DNA of 64,000 nt, taken from positions 3,844,001 through 3,908,000 of the forward strand of contig NC_043007.1 of NCBI RefSeq assembly GCF_006345805.1, read 5' to 3'. Shown one piece after another: positions 39,021 through 52,781 of the stretch. Each line of letters starts with the position of its first letter. Position 1 is the first letter of the stretch. The translations under genes and the position numbers were made by a program. The DNA is from Octopus sinensis (lineage: Eukaryota). The notes under the pieces were generated by a model. It made no database searches, was not told the DNA's origin, and was given only the letters and a program-made list of their open reading frames with translations.

Positions 39021-39524
39021 ATATAGAGGGATGGACAGATGGATGGACGGACAGATGCATGGATGGACAGATAAATGGCAGTAAATGGAATGAACAACAT
39101 TCATTATTTAAAATCTCTACAATTTTCACACCCTGTGGTACATTGGTAAATTGTTGAATAATCATTATCATCCACCCATGGTGTAAAATGCATCTCCTCA
39201 GGTGATTGTTTCAATAATATATTTGTGCATATGTAGACAGATATATGTATATATATTTTATTTAACTTCATTATACTGTTTCTTTCCTGGCTCTATAATA
39301 GTAAGAATGTAAGAAGTATATATATGTGCATGTATTGAGGGATACATGTGTGTGTATTTTTATATACACACACATGTGGATATATAAAAATATATACACT
39401 ACATTGTATGTTGACTTTTGATTCAATATATATTAATATTGATAAAAACAGTAAAAATAATAAGAGTATTAGTAAGAGGCATATATGTGTGTATATATGA
39501 ATAGATATATGTGTGTGTGTGTGT

Positions 39525-39849
39525 GTCCGTTTCGCGACCGTTGCCAGCACCGCCCCATTTCGTGTCCGTTGCCAGCCTCGCCTGGCCCTCGTGCCAGTGG
39601 CACATAAAAAGCACCATCCGTTCGTGGCCGTTTGCCAGCTCTGTCTGGCACCAGTGCGGGTGGCACGTAAAAAGCACCCACTACACTCACGGAGTGGTTG
39701 GCGTTAGGAAGGGCATCCAGCCGTAGAAACACTGCCAGATTTGACTGGGCCTGATGAAGCCTTCTGGCTTCACAGACCCCAGTAGAACCGTCCAACCCAT
39801 GCTAGCATGGAAAACGGACGCTAAACGATGATGATGATGATGATGATGA
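39525..39849 (+). mobile_element. RTE 3'-UTR copy, young
   Basis: Near-identical to 24900-25175; CpGs intact. Confidence 0.9.
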
Positions 39850-39949
39850 CTACCTTGTAAGTGGGTATATGGAAGAATATCTAAATTGGGGTGGGGCAGT
39901 GGATACACACTTAATATTTTTTCCAGTTGTTTCAAAAATGCATATAAAA

Positions 39950-40511
39950 ACTTGATAGTAATAAATAAACTTTAAACAGAACTGCTTCGAGTGTAGAATG
40001 GGGCCGCTTGTTTTGTTGCAGAAGACATGGTAATTTAGATTCTTCACAGAAACAAAGAAACAGTTGATAAGTACTAAAATGGTCACTTTATCACTTTGTT
40101 ATCTCAAAATGCTTCATTTTATTAATTTTATCCTTCATTCTGTTCCTTATAATTTGACCGTGAAGACAGAATTGTAACTTATCGTCAACCTGACCCTTAT
40201 TTTTCTATTTCTGTATTTCCGTATTTTGTATTTTGATTATAATTGCATTTTTGTCTGTCACTATATCTAAGTGTTTAGTTTTGTCTGTAAACTGATGAAA
40301 ATGACATCGTTTTGGGTATGAATTCTAACACTGAGTGAAACGACCGTTGGATCTAGGGAAGGACTTATTTAAACAATCACCTGAGGAGATGCATTTCACA
40401 CCTTGGATGGATGATGATGATTACACAGCATCTCACTAGTGTACCACAGGTGTAAAAATGTGTCAAAACAATTGTAGTGATTTTGAATAAAGAATGTCAT
40501 TCATTCCATTT
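39950..40511 (+). mobile_element. Unclassified dispersed repeat, possibly Penelope-like; its 3' 145 bp also occurs inverted at 39083-39217
   Basis: aaacaatcacctgaggagatgcattt...gtaccacagg...cattccattt is shared between the two sites. Confidence 0.4.
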
Positions 40512-40659
40512 TCTATTATTCATCTATGGAGTTCCTGATGTATATCCAGTAGCAGGAGCATTTCTACTGTATGATGACATCAGGTAGCCAATAACTGTGG
40601 ACAAGCTTTGCATAGCATTCTACACAGTCTTTACTTGAATATTGTTTAACTATATATAC

Positions 40660-40715
<56 letters not shown>

Positions 40716-41129
40716 AGAAGACACTTGCCCAAGATTCTGTGCAGTGATATTGAACCTGAAGCCATCTGATTAAGAGCAAACTTCTTAATCACACAACTAT
40801 ACCTGTTCAAAGTATATTTTTATTCCATTATTAATACATACACACGTACAGTAAACAAGAGGCGTTAATAAAATATGCTTGTTGTTGTCTTTATCAAATA
40901 AATTTTTTTGTTGTGCTGCTTGGATAACCCTGCTGAACCATGATGTACAGTTATAAACAGACATCAGAAGATTTGGAATTATTAACTTTCTTTAACCTGA
41001 AGAAGTAGAAGTAATGTTGTCTCGGTGTTGTTTAGTCACATTGGTTTTGCTCAGCATACTTTTTATTCTGTTATTCTGCTAACAGTTTCAGTCATCGGAC
41101 TGGCCATACTGTGGCACTTATTTAATTAT

Positions 41130-43660
41130 CATAGATGCAACAATAGGCAAGAAAGATTTGCAAGTCTAATCAACAGCTAACAACACTAAAATGGAGTCTA
41201 ATAAACACCTAAACCTTGCTAATGCTGAAGAAACTGATGCATAGTTAATACAGCTTATCTTAAGACTGTTTACTGATGATGCTAAGCCTGAATTAGTTAA
41301 GCTAAAGTTCCATGCCTTCTGCAGTACTAATAATCAAACTGAAAAAATATTCTATATCTTATAACAATTCAAGATTGATCATTTGAAGATATAAAATGTG
41401 CAACTAAAAAATACAACTTATTTTTGACAGGTTAAAAGTTTTGGACTTAAAGCAATAAGCAAAGAAAAAGCAGTTAATGATTTCCTGCTAAGTCTTCAAT
41501 ATGCCTGCTTCTTTATTTAAATTGTCTGTAATAAAAGCTGACCCAGAAGCAGAGCTTGAAAAATTGGTTTTTATTAATAGAATCAATTGTGCTCAGACAA
41601 AAATAGATTCTTCATTGTCTGAGAGCTTGCTTAAAGCATCCATGTCAAAGTTGGTTAGTATTGTTGTGATATTGCAATCATTGGGCATTTACAGTCATAC
41701 TGCCAAGTTCTAACAGAAATATTTTACACTATTATTAGTAAGGATTATCGTCAAGGAAAGTTTAAACAAGTAACTGAACAAAGCCAGGTTATTTTTTGTA
41801 GTATTTATGGATCATCACGTCCTTCTCGGTTCTACTTTGCTTAGAGGAAGAAATTCTTTACATGTAATAAATTTTGCCATTTCAGAAAATGCTGCAGGTA
41901 AAAGCCATTATGTTCTAAGTCATTCTATAATGTTAAGAGTATGAGCCCTAATTAGTCTAACAACGAGGAAGTATTTCTGAATGTTAATTATACTACATAT
42001 GATAATTTACATTAAATTAAGTGTAAATTGAATGAACACCCAGTTCAAAGACCACTGGATATTGGTACAGCTTACCCCATCATTCAGGCTTCACTGTTAA
42101 CAAATTTATCGTTAATCACCAAACCTGCTTATGGACATTTAACTAATGATGATTCCAAACTAGAAGTGGCTGGCACTACAACAGCTTTACTTGTCTTGGA
42201 GATTAAAGCAATACTTAAGCTTTGTTGTGGTTAATAACCCTTATACCTTTGGGTTAACTGGTGTCCTTGATTAACTGAATTAACTGTAGTTTTTGATTTT
42301 CTCCCAACAATAAAGTATTAGAATGCTAAAATTTTTTCAGTGGAGTTTAAAAAATAGGAGGTTGAAAATGACCGTTACAATTTGGTGGTAACAGGAATTA
42401 TAATTCCACGTCTGTCTTAAGGTATCAAAAATGCCTCACCAATTAATAGGATGAAAATGAAAGATGGTGAATTAGAATATATGTTGATTGTATAGTATAC
42501 TTAATTGACTCAAATTCAAACTTTTTCTCATCCAACACCTTATCTGTCCCTAAACCTTGTTGAGCAAAAGTTCTTTCTTGAGTTTATAGTATACATATGG
42601 CTGTACAAGTACTGAAGAAAGCAAAAACTTGTGTTTGATTGTCTAATTTTGGTTGAGATATTGAATTCGTCAGCTCTTGTGACAGATTTAAATGCACCCC
42701 TTATAGTCCTAAATATCCTGAATCATAGCCCTGAGAACTGGGTTACATATGAATTGAAGATTCAGACAAAATACTGGGAATATGTTGATCATTGGTGATT
42801 TAAGAATTAGTTGGCTTGAGGCCTTTATTAGTTCAGCAGGAGTGAGGAAATATTGTCTAAATTTGATTGTTCCAGTGACAGTGCTACCATTTAACGAACC
42901 AGAATTTATTCAATTAAAAAACTGGTTAAACTGACTTGGTTGCAAGAAAATTGGAACTTCTGTCTATGGACCTTAATCTAATGTGGAAGCAGAAGGAATT
43001 ATACAAACAATTAAGACTGCATTAAAAGATTAAAGCGCACCTACTGGAATGTTTGCTGAAGATCCTTATCAACCATTATAATGCATTTGGTGCAAAAAAA
43101 AAATTATCTCCAGTTGTGGAATTACTTCCAGACAATTAAAAATAGAAGAAAACCCTTTTTATGAGGATGAACAAATGATTCATTATGGAAACAGTAGAAT
43201 AAATTTCCTCAGTTGTTCACTATCTGGTTCATACTGGCAGAAACACAGGCTTGATTGAATGTGAAGATGAAAAAGCTTAGTATCAGTTGTACTGAATATC
43301 CTCTCCTAAGCACATCTGCTAATCTTGATAATGTTATCAATAGGCTGACATCACTAGCTTCTCCATCTACTGATGGTACCTTGCAATAATGTTTCTAACA
43401 GGTCAACTTCATCAATTGCTCCAACTACTTCTGTTAGTAATATTCAATCCCTAATATCTTCCATTTTGCCAATACTACTTAATCATACTAACCCTCACAG
43501 CAACTTAACAACTCAATAAATTACCACCTTATAAGAGCTGTGAAATCTCAAAAGCTTAAAAACATCAATGATATGATAACTAACAGGATTTCTCCTTTGT
43601 GGCTGGAGTAATGTTATGTTTACAGTGTTTCTAAGCAATTGTTTAGTCATGTACAGAAAA
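41130..43660 (+). mobile_element. Decayed Ty3/gypsy LTR retrotransposon: gag, Zn-knuckle, protease, integrase; RT/RNase H not seen
   Basis: Protease-like LNEHPVQRPLDIGTAYPII (about 42030-42085); integrase Zn-binding remnant ...IHMAVQVLKKAK...DIEFVSSCDR (about 42550-42690); integrase core SVYGP*SNVEAEGIIQTIKTALK (about 42960-43030). Many stops; LTRs not clearly resolvable. Confidence 0.8.
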
Positions 43661-43710
43661 CTAGGACTGTGATTGAAACTCACTTGCAATTTTCCATCCT
43701 AAATTTTATA

Positions 43711-44106
43711 TATAGGCGTAGGAGTGGCTGTGTGGTAAGTAGCTTGCATACGAACCACATAGTTCCAGGTTCAGTCCCACTGCATGGCACCTTGGGCAAG
43801 TGTCTTCTACTATAGCTTTGGGCCAACCAAAGCCTTCTGAGTGGATTTGGAAGACGGAAACTGAAAGAAGCCCATCATATATATGTGTGTGTATATGTTT
43901 GTGTGTCTGTGTTTGTCCCCCCCCCCCAACATCGTTGGACAACAGATGCTGGTGTGTTTGCGTCCCCGTAACTTAGCAGTTTGGCAAAAGAGACTGATAG
44001 AATAAGTACTAGGCTTACAAAGAATAATTCCTGGGGTCGATTTGCTTGACTAAAGGCGGTGCTCCAGCATGGCCACAGTCAAATGACTGAAACAAGTGAA
44101 AGAGTA
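43711..44106 (+). mobile_element. SINE family C, full length
   Basis: tRNA-like head, central body, short (TG)n and 3' gactgaaacaag..agagta. Confidence 0.9.
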
Positions 44107-44964
44107 ACATACCACTTCAGTAATACTGGTGAACCAAGACATACAGTTATAACAGAATCTGAAGACTTGAACTTGCCTATTCACTTACTGTTGTGTACTT
44201 AAAGAGCAGCTGCACTGTGGACTTATTTTATTATTATTGTAAACACAGCATGATAAAAAGCCATTTAATAATGGCAGAATGGAAATAAAAATATTTATTC
44301 AATAAGTTAGCTTTTAATAAGTCCTAATTACGAACTGAAAAATTCAAAATTTAATGTAAACATTAACAGTAATCAATATCAAAACTGGTAAGGAATTTCT
44401 GAATGAAATACAAGTAAGAATAGCTCCTCATATTTGTTGCTGTGTGGTTGAAAGGAATTAATGAGAATACAACATTATGCATTCCAGAATATGTACACTA
44501 TCCTACTACCTGGTTTGTAATATTTACAAATGCTTTAGAAGTATCAAATATATAAAATATATCTAACAAGTTTTGCACAGGCAATAATTTTCTCTCCATG
44601 GTTTATATGTATATAAAGCGTATTTGCATGAAAGATTCATCTGTAAAAAAGACCAATGGAAGAAATGTCAGGCAGTGGAAGGGATACTACTATGATTGGA
44701 TGCCTTGTTAATTTGTGGTGAAAAGGGAAGTGTTCCCATTGTGTACACTTGGGTGATGCGACAGGTGGAATGGGAAAGGATATCTTTGGAGTTTTGTTCT
44801 CTGTATACAGTGTGGAACTGAGAAAACAACAGGCAGCTCTGTGTAGTTGAATGGCAGGTCAGAAGATTCTATGAATTTAGTAGGGACCCTCTTGACAAAG
44901 GAGGCCTAATTGCAATTTTGGAGATAAGGGTTCTTACAAGCTGTGCAATACCAGGATATGAAAG

Positions 44965-45110
44965 CTCCTTCACCAAGGTCGACTTTAACCTTTCATCCTT
45001 TCGGGGTTGATAAATTAAATGCCAGTTGTGCACTGAGGTCGATCTAATTGACTGTCCCCACCACCACCACCACTACCAAATTTCAGGCCTTGTGCCTATA
45101 GTAGAAAAGA
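44965..45110 (+). mobile_element. SINE family A 3' fragment
   Basis: aaggtcgacttt..cctttcatcctttcggggttgataaattaa. Confidence 0.7.
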
Positions 45111-46803
45111 ATCTGAAAGCTCCAGTTTATATGTAAACCTTTAATAAAAACATCAGCATATTGTATATCAAAGATGCTGACTATCAAAAGTTTGCCCAAT
45201 TTTAATGTCCTACTCTACACATATAAATGGCGGTGCCCCAGCATGGCCACAGCTCATAAGCTGAAACTAGAATCAATCAATCAATCAATCAATCATATTT
45301 TAATGTTTTTGGTGATTTTACTGTTAATGATTAATTTTGAATCTGTTCAGTTTACAAATAGGACTTGTTAAAATAGTTGGTTAAATGATTAGTTGTAATC
45401 CGCAATGTTATTGTTTCAGGTATATCATGTCTCTGCTTTATTGATTACCTCACCCCACACAGGAATATAAGGGCAGTGTGGGTTGTTTTGGTTTCTCTTT
45501 GGTCTAGTTTGTTCCTGCATTGGGATTGATTAAACATGAAGTAGCAGGAAAGCTGTGCCCCTTGCATGGAGTATCTTAAAAGGGAATCATATGTAATATT
45601 AAAATTAGGCTAAGTCTACAGATACTGATGTAGAGAAAGGAGAATTGTCTAATGACTTGAATTTTGTTCTTGTTTTGATAGACTTTGCGGTTGTTTAGTG
45701 CTGTGTAAGCTATTGCCAAACAGAGTTCAGAAGAATTCCAGCCATGACCATCCCATCCTTCTTTTTGAGACATTAGGATTACATTATCAATGCGACCTGT
45801 TTTAATGATGTTAGGATGTGTTTTAAGGGATATATGGCAGCTATTTTTAGTAATTTACATAACCACATTGAGGCTCTCTCATTGGTTTGTCTTTGTTACA
45901 GCTTTGGAATAAAGATGAATATTTGATGCTAGAAGAGAGGAAAAGGAAATGGAGGTTTGTGTTAAGTGGCTTTCATTGCTTTTCTGTCTCTGCTTTTGCC
46001 TTTGATCTATAAAACTCATTGTTTAGGCCTGTGAAGAAAACTCTAGCATTTAATTATAAATGGAAAATATGGGCTATTAATAATAATTATTTACTTTAAA
46101 AAATTATGTTCAAAAATATTACAGTTAATATGAAGCATTGTGAAGCAGAGCAATAGTGTTTAAGAAAGCCACTACAATGCAAGTTTTAGAAGTAAAGCAT
46201 AAAAGGAAGCAAAATCAAAGCAAATGAAGAACAATGATTTTGTTTTTTACTTTCTGTTTCAGTATTTTTAATTTAGAAATCCCTGATGAATAAAATGGAG
46301 GTTGAGCTGAGTCTGTCTGCAACAGATTAAAATAATTAATCAGTTATTTTTCAAATGCAAAGATTGGAGAGTTGGGTCTGCTGTGGAATATGTGAACTGA
46401 TTACATTAAATCAGCCGATCAGCAGAACTCATATAATGTCTGTTGTTAATAGATGGATTAAATTTCTTAATCCGAACAGCCTCATTAATCCCAAGTTTTC
46501 AATATCATTCTCTGGCTGGTAATAACTGTGATAGCTTCATTATGACATCTTTCCAGATGTGTTTTGATGGAGAATACATTTGTATAACTGTGCTCTTTGA
46601 TGCTGATGTCACCAACAGAGTTCTTTTACCCATTAATTTACCATTAATTCAATATCTAACAATAACCATCAATAACACAGAAGATAGTTTTATACAACTT
46701 GTGAATTGCTCTGAAATGTAAAATCTGCTGCATTTACTACAAATTGTAAACTGCGAGAACCTGTGCCTCCACATTGTTGATGGGGCAGTTGACTAATGTG
46801 CAA

Positions 46804-47712
46804 TACAAAGTGGTACCAGAAAGTTCCCAGACTAGTTCTGTGGCAGACCAGCAGATGGCAGCACATGGTTGTGTGTGCAGTACAAAGTAGCAGTAACCTT
46901 AATGAGGCAGTGTGCCAAATGACATTACTGTGTTTACTTTGCGAGTTGTAAAATTTGTGTTTTTTGTGATCATGTGTGATGATGTGATGTTGTCATGAAG
47001 AGAAACAAAGAGCCAGTGTAATATTTTGTGTTAAACTTGGGAAGTCTGCTACAGAGACATTGATCATGCTTTGGTAGTCTAATGGCAACAAGACAATGGG
47101 TCGTCTGCACTGTTTTGATTGGCATGGTTGTTTCAAAAGTGGAAGAACATCCCTGGAAGACGATGAGTGATCTGGAAGATCTGCCACAAGCGTCACTTCT
47201 GGAAATGTGTTACTGGGCAATGAGAATTCATGCTCCAAAGCCAAACCATCAATTGAGAGTTTTACTGTGACATTTTGAAGCATTCGAGGGAGGACATTTG
47301 GCAGAACCGACCAGATCTGTGGAGTGCAAAGAATTGGATTCTTCATGACAACAATGCACCCTGTCACTGAGCTCTCCTTACTCGTGAGTTTTTCACCAAA
47401 AACAACATGGTATCACTTTTGCACCTACCCTATTCACCAGATTTAGCACCTGTGCACTTCCATCTCTTTCCCAAGATGAAAATGCAGCTCATAGGTCACC
47501 ATTTTAACACCATTGTCGAGAGCAAATAGTAGAAGGTCCTTGATTCACAGAAAATGACTTCCAGGCCAGATTCGAAAAGTGACAAGAACTCTGGGACCAG
47601 TGTGTTGCTGTGCTAGGTCACTATTTCAAAGGAGGTGATGTTAAAACTTAGGTAAATGAGTTATTTTTTGTTAAACGTAACCTGTCTGGGAACCTTTTGA
47701 TACCACTTTGTA
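46804..47712 (+). mobile_element. Internally deleted, decayed mariner transposon with TIRs of about 28 bp and TA ends
   Basis: TIRs tacaaagtggtaccagaaagttcccagac / gtctgggaaccttttgataccactttgta; N-terminal NI..CVKLGKSATET and C-terminal WILHDNNAPCH...PYSPDLAP remnants. Confidence 0.9.
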
Positions 47713-48534
47713 TTTTGTGTGAGTTGACCCTCAAGTAAACGTTTTCCTGATGAAGGTCTAGTTGTCAGCCAGCTGTATCTTCAAGCTCTTCCTGTGGATA
47801 GCTTGTCAGGTTGTTGTAGTTGTTCTGTCATTAAAATAGCAATTAGAAATAGCAAGTGTTGTGTGAACTTTCGTAATGTCTAGCATTTTCTGAATTTTAT
47901 GATTACAATTTTTTGAAATAAAAAGGCCAAAGAATTCTTTAGGGTTTTCTATTTATTTATAATTTAAGAATTCACTACCTAAACCCCTTCATAATTATTG
48001 AAAAAAACAAAAGAGTAATATTGATATGATATTAGTAGTTGCTTAAATTGTTCATCTATCTTTAGAATTAAAAATTTACTTGCTTCTGTATCAAATCCAT
48101 TATTGCAAAAATCCATTAAATATTTGAAATTACATTATCTCTGGAAACTTGAATTTCTTGAAGAGTTCATTTAAGATAATGATGAAGGCTCTTATTACTG
48201 GGAAAATTTAACAAGGACACAATCAACAAAAGAATAACCAAAAATTTATCTACTTAAAATTTTTATAATTCCTATGCTTTCTTTTTAAAGTTAGTTAAGT
48301 GGAGACTAACAAAGCCCATGACTTTTTAGGGCCCTCATGGAATTGATGTGGTTTATGCTCAGCTTGAATATTTTTAGGTTACTGTTTGTAAGAAAAGCAT
48401 GCACAGGTTGCAGTATTGGCAAAGACAGGGTTTTGTGTAGGGTCTAGAAAGTGATGGGTGATTTTTTTTGTAGGGTCTAGGTAGGGTTGGATTAAGACCC
48501 ATTGAGGCCCTTAAGACCCATTGATGGTGTCTCC

Positions 48535-49475
48535 ATCATCATCATCTTTCACTGTCTGTTGTCTATGCTGGCATGGGTTGGACAGTTTGACCAGGGCTGG
48601 TAAGCTGAGGGGCTGCACCAGACTCCAGTCTGATCTGGCATGGTTTCTAAGAGTGTAATAGGTGCATTTACATACCACCAGCATGGGTGCCAGTGCTTTC
48701 ATGTATCTGCCACAACTACAGACACACACATGACAAGCTTCTACACAGTTTCCATCTACCAAATTTCACTTGCTTGTAATACTTGCTCAAGGTGATGTGC
48801 ACAACACCTTGAGTTATGGGATCAAACCCAGTACCATTTGGTTGTGAAGCATCTTAGTCATAGAGGTGTTCCTTTATGTATTTTGCAAATTCTCAAATAT
48901 AGTGAGCAATATATTGTTAGTACAATCACTCAGTCTGCTTGAAATAGCTGCCAAATCTTCCTCATATCCCATCCACATTCTTTTCAGATACAGGCACATC
49001 AGATAATATAGTCTTTGATGCAGTGTCTGAATAAAAATTGGAATGGTCAAGGCTGAGTTTATTTGGTTATTGTTCTGTTTGAGCAGAGCCGATCAAGGGC
49101 CAAACTTCTTGTATATGAAGTGTCTTTGATATATTTAATTACTGCATCTATATTGGCACCCATGCTGGTGGAACGTAATGAAGCGTAGGTCGATGCCAGT
49201 GTCACCTGACTGGCTTCCTGTGCCGTTGGTACGTAAAAAGTACCATCTGAACTTGGTTGATGCTAGTGCTCCCTAGCTTGCTCCCATGCCATTGGCATAT
49301 AAAAAGCACCCACTACAATTCTCAGAGTGGTTGGCATTAGGAAGGGCACCCAGTTGTAGAAACCTTGCCAGATCAGACCAGAGCCTGGTGCAGCCTCCCG
49401 GCTTGTGAGTTCTCAGTCAGACTGTTCTATCCATTCCAGCATGGAAAGTGGATGTTAAATGATGATGATAATGAT
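48535..49475. mobile_element. Two degenerate RTE 3'-UTR copies (about 48535-48720 minus, 49150-49475 plus) with SINE fragments between
   Basis: Family motifs ccatgctggcatgggttggac and gagtggttggcattaggaagggc. Confidence 0.7.
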
Positions 49476-50140
49476 CTTGTAACTAACTCTTAAAAATTCA
49501 CAAAACTTTTATTCTAGAATTAACAAAGTACTACATAGGAGTCAATTCAATCAACTCTCTGAGAACAATAAAAAAAAAATGAAAAAGAAATATATATTAG
49601 GAGATGCATTGTATTTCTTTAGACAAAGAAAATATGCTCATGTATTCAGAGTGAAACTCGACCGTAACTATTTTCTGTTTAACCCCTGACCTCTGTGTCT
49701 GCTGAAAAGGCAAACTTTTGGAGTATCCATACAATTTACTCACATTGTGTGTGTGTGTGTGTGTGAGAAAGAGAGATTGGGTGCTTGCATTTTGGTGTGT
49801 ATGTGGGAATGGGTATGTTTGTGTGTGTTGAATGCTGAAAGCTGTATTGAAGCACTGCTGCCTGCTTTCTGTTCTGCTGCACAAAGCGGGGTCAGGCATT
49901 GCCTTTACTTTTAATCGTTGCTCCATTATTTATGTGGGGTGGGCACTGATATTTAATATTCAACAAAAAAAATGCCCCACCAAGGGTGTATGCACCAGTC
50001 TGTTAATTGGTGGTAAGTGAAGTCTAGATGAGGGGGTGGGGAGGTAAATAGGGACGAGGAAAATAAAATGAAAGGGATGCAATAGAAAGAGTGTAAAACT
50101 GGGAGGGAGAGGGACGACATAGAAAAGAAAAAGAAGAAAA

Positions 50141-50201
<61 letters not shown>

Positions 50202-51084
50202 TGATAAGCATGAAACAGAAAAGGTGAAAACGGTAGAGGCAAGATAAATATAAAAAGAAAAGAGGAAAAGAAAAGAGAGCTGGAAACTAAAGAGAGTGAA
50301 TTTAAAAGAAATTAATGGGAATTGTAAGAAAGATGGAATTTTCAAGGGTGGGAGAAGAGGTGACGGTTAAAAAGAGAAGGTAATTTGGAGGACAAAGGGA
50401 ATAAAGATTAGAGGACAGAGAAGGGATGAAGAGTAAGAACACTTGCTTAAGCTTTGAGACTGGCAGCTTGCTAAAATCCTGCTTAATAGCATTGCTAATT
50501 AGCTGATGAGTGCAATGTCTCAAGAAAAACAAGAAAAATTTAGCAAGTGCACCACAACTTCATAAAATTGTCACTGATGCAGTAACTGCTTTTTGTGTTT
50601 GTAACTTTACTATTTAAAATATGATTTCAGCAGACACTCGTATTTTCTGTTGTGATTTCAATTTAATATCTGGGACAGTGGCATAGATAATTAGAATATT
50701 GAAATTCTGCTTTAGAAATAGAAGTTTTAAAATTGTAATTAGACATGATATTTAAAGGATTGGTCTACATATCAATCATATAGTGTAGATAGAAGCATAA
50801 TAGGTAATATTAATAGTTTGGAGGATTCAAATGATTCTGGTGTTAAGTTCACTAAATGAAATAAGGTTGTATGCCAAGTGTACTATCCTTCCTCCTTCAA
50901 AATGATTGTAAGAGACAACAGAGTTCTGATTAGAAAATTACTATTTTTAAACCTCACGACGTGAGATATTCAGCAACAGTTCTTTGTAGTAAAGCTTGTT
51001 TGCCAACATAACATGGCAGTCCTGGTTTAGGACGAATGTTGCTGTAATTTAACCCCAGGAGACATCGTTTCCAGCTGGCAATAC

Positions 51085-51249
51085 GACACAATCTGTGTCC
51101 TTATATTTTCAAACAAGGGAATCTAGCCGAGCAATTATTCTGTGCTGATGAAGAGAAATAACCCAAAATTGCGATACACAGATATTGTTTTGAGCTGAGT
51201 TGGGGTGCTAGATTCCCTTGTTTGAAAATATAAGGACACAGATCGTGTC
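51085..51249. repeat. Inverted repeat, 43-bp arms (51085-51127 and 51207-51249), 79-bp spacer
   Basis: gacacaatctgtgtccttatattttcaaacaagggaatctagc versus its reverse complement, one mismatch. Confidence 0.95.
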
Positions 51250-51259
51250 AAAAGGAAAA

Positions 51260-52125
51260 GAAAGATTCCATCCAGAAAATAAAAATGTTTTTAAAAAATC
51301 AAAAATGTCAACTAGATAGTCACTAGGAGATAACAATTTACTCAAAGCAGCTGTCCTCTGCTTCCACCACAGCCTCAAGCCTGCTCCAAAATCTGGTACA
51401 CACATTCCTCATTGTGTTCCTGGGAAGATCCTCAAACGCCTTGGTCTTTGCCACCAGCTTGACCTTGGTGTTGTAGGCAGAATAGTTGATGGCTTTCTCC
51501 TTGGGATTACCATATACGGAATTAGGGGGTCAGATATGGAGATTGGTGAAGTTATAGAAATTCTTTGAAAACTACTTCAAACTCTTTTTGTAGCCAAGGC
51601 AAGGAACTAAATCTTACTCCATATGGCCTTCCAGTAGCAACCCTCTCCAGCCAGATTTTGACTACAGTCTCCAGCAGCTTTGCTTAGCCATCTGAATTGA
51701 GGCCCTGTTCAAAGATGTGGGTTGACATGACATGATCCTCACTGGGGACACACCCAATGGCCATCTCAGTTTGGGAGAACTTGGCTTTCGTGATATGTGG
51801 GACAGATCCATATCGATCTGACAGCCTTTATGGTGTTCCCAGAGCATTGAGCAGCAGTTGTAATGTTGGCATTTTGACACCTGGTGTGAGTCATTATGAT
51901 ACAGGTGATTCTCTTCCAATATTTGATTGGCTTCAAGTCCACCATGTCACCTAACTTTTTCTCAATTGCAACTTTAATCATTTTGCTCTCCAATGCCATT
52001 GACTGTTCAACAATACATCAAGCTCTTCCTGAAAAAAAGGAGACGTAAAATGTTGTCAGATTTAACCCAAACACTCTGTGTGTTGTTATAAACAAATTCA
52101 TTAACTCCAGGTCGTTTCTTAGGTA
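51260..52125 (-). mobile_element. Decayed Tc1/mariner-superfamily transposon (DD37D/maT-like)
   Basis: Minus-strand remnants TKFSQTEMAIGCVPSEDHVM..HIFEQGL, LLETVVKIWLERVATGRPY and RNVCTRFWSRLEAVVEAE..FE*. Confidence 0.75.
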
Positions 52126-52209
52126 TTTTATTTTCTGTTGAAATATTTGATGATACGGTCGTTATATTTGATTAGATATGTAACTGATTAATATTACAAT
52201 AACACGTCT

Positions 52210-52420
52210 TGAGTTTTTTAAGTTAAGTCCTAAATCTTCCCCAACCTTTATGTTCTCAATTGCTTTACTCACTTTTGCTTGTCTGATCTTCACAGCTGGC
52301 ATCTTTGCTGGCTTCAATGAGACAAGATTGTTTCTAATCCATTTATTCTCTTCTTCGACTATCATTCAAAGAGACTTTAATGCTTCTTATGCACATCGGC
52401 TTAGAAGAATACACTAATAT
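52210..52420 (-). mobile_element. Short decayed RTE ORF2 fragment (pre-RT linker)
   Basis: EENKW....PAVKI..AKVSKAIENIKVG resembles the RTE EEN.W...P...I....V.KAI..MK.GKA region. Confidence 0.45.
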
Positions 52421-52507
52421 CATTGGATAAAACATAATCTCATAATACACACTTACACACACACACACACACACACACACCACACACATATATATATATA
52501 TATAATA

Positions 52508-52547
<40 letters not shown>

Positions 52548-52781
52548 CATGCACATGGATAGCCAAAGACAAATGATGGCTACTCTCCATTTCTACCCTT
52601 CTTATGGATTCCCATGATAAATCCACTGTTTTGCTTTGTTCCAACTCTTTAACCTTATTTTTGTTTTCTTGTGAATTATTTTCTGCATTTTCTGTTAAAC
52701 TGCTTTGGTTTTTCTCCCTACACCTCAGAGTGGTACCCTGCTCCTAACAAAAACTGTTTTCCAAATAACTTTAAAATAGGT

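Noticed and set aside
40291-40345. ctgatga...gaaac spacing suggestive of a hammerhead (also ctgatga at about 47746, 50493 and 51145)
   Set aside because: No helix II can form immediately between the two boxes.
46443-46721. 92-aa plus-strand ORF with an in-register, partly open minus frame
   Set aside because: No splice sites or motifs; the minus frame has stops.
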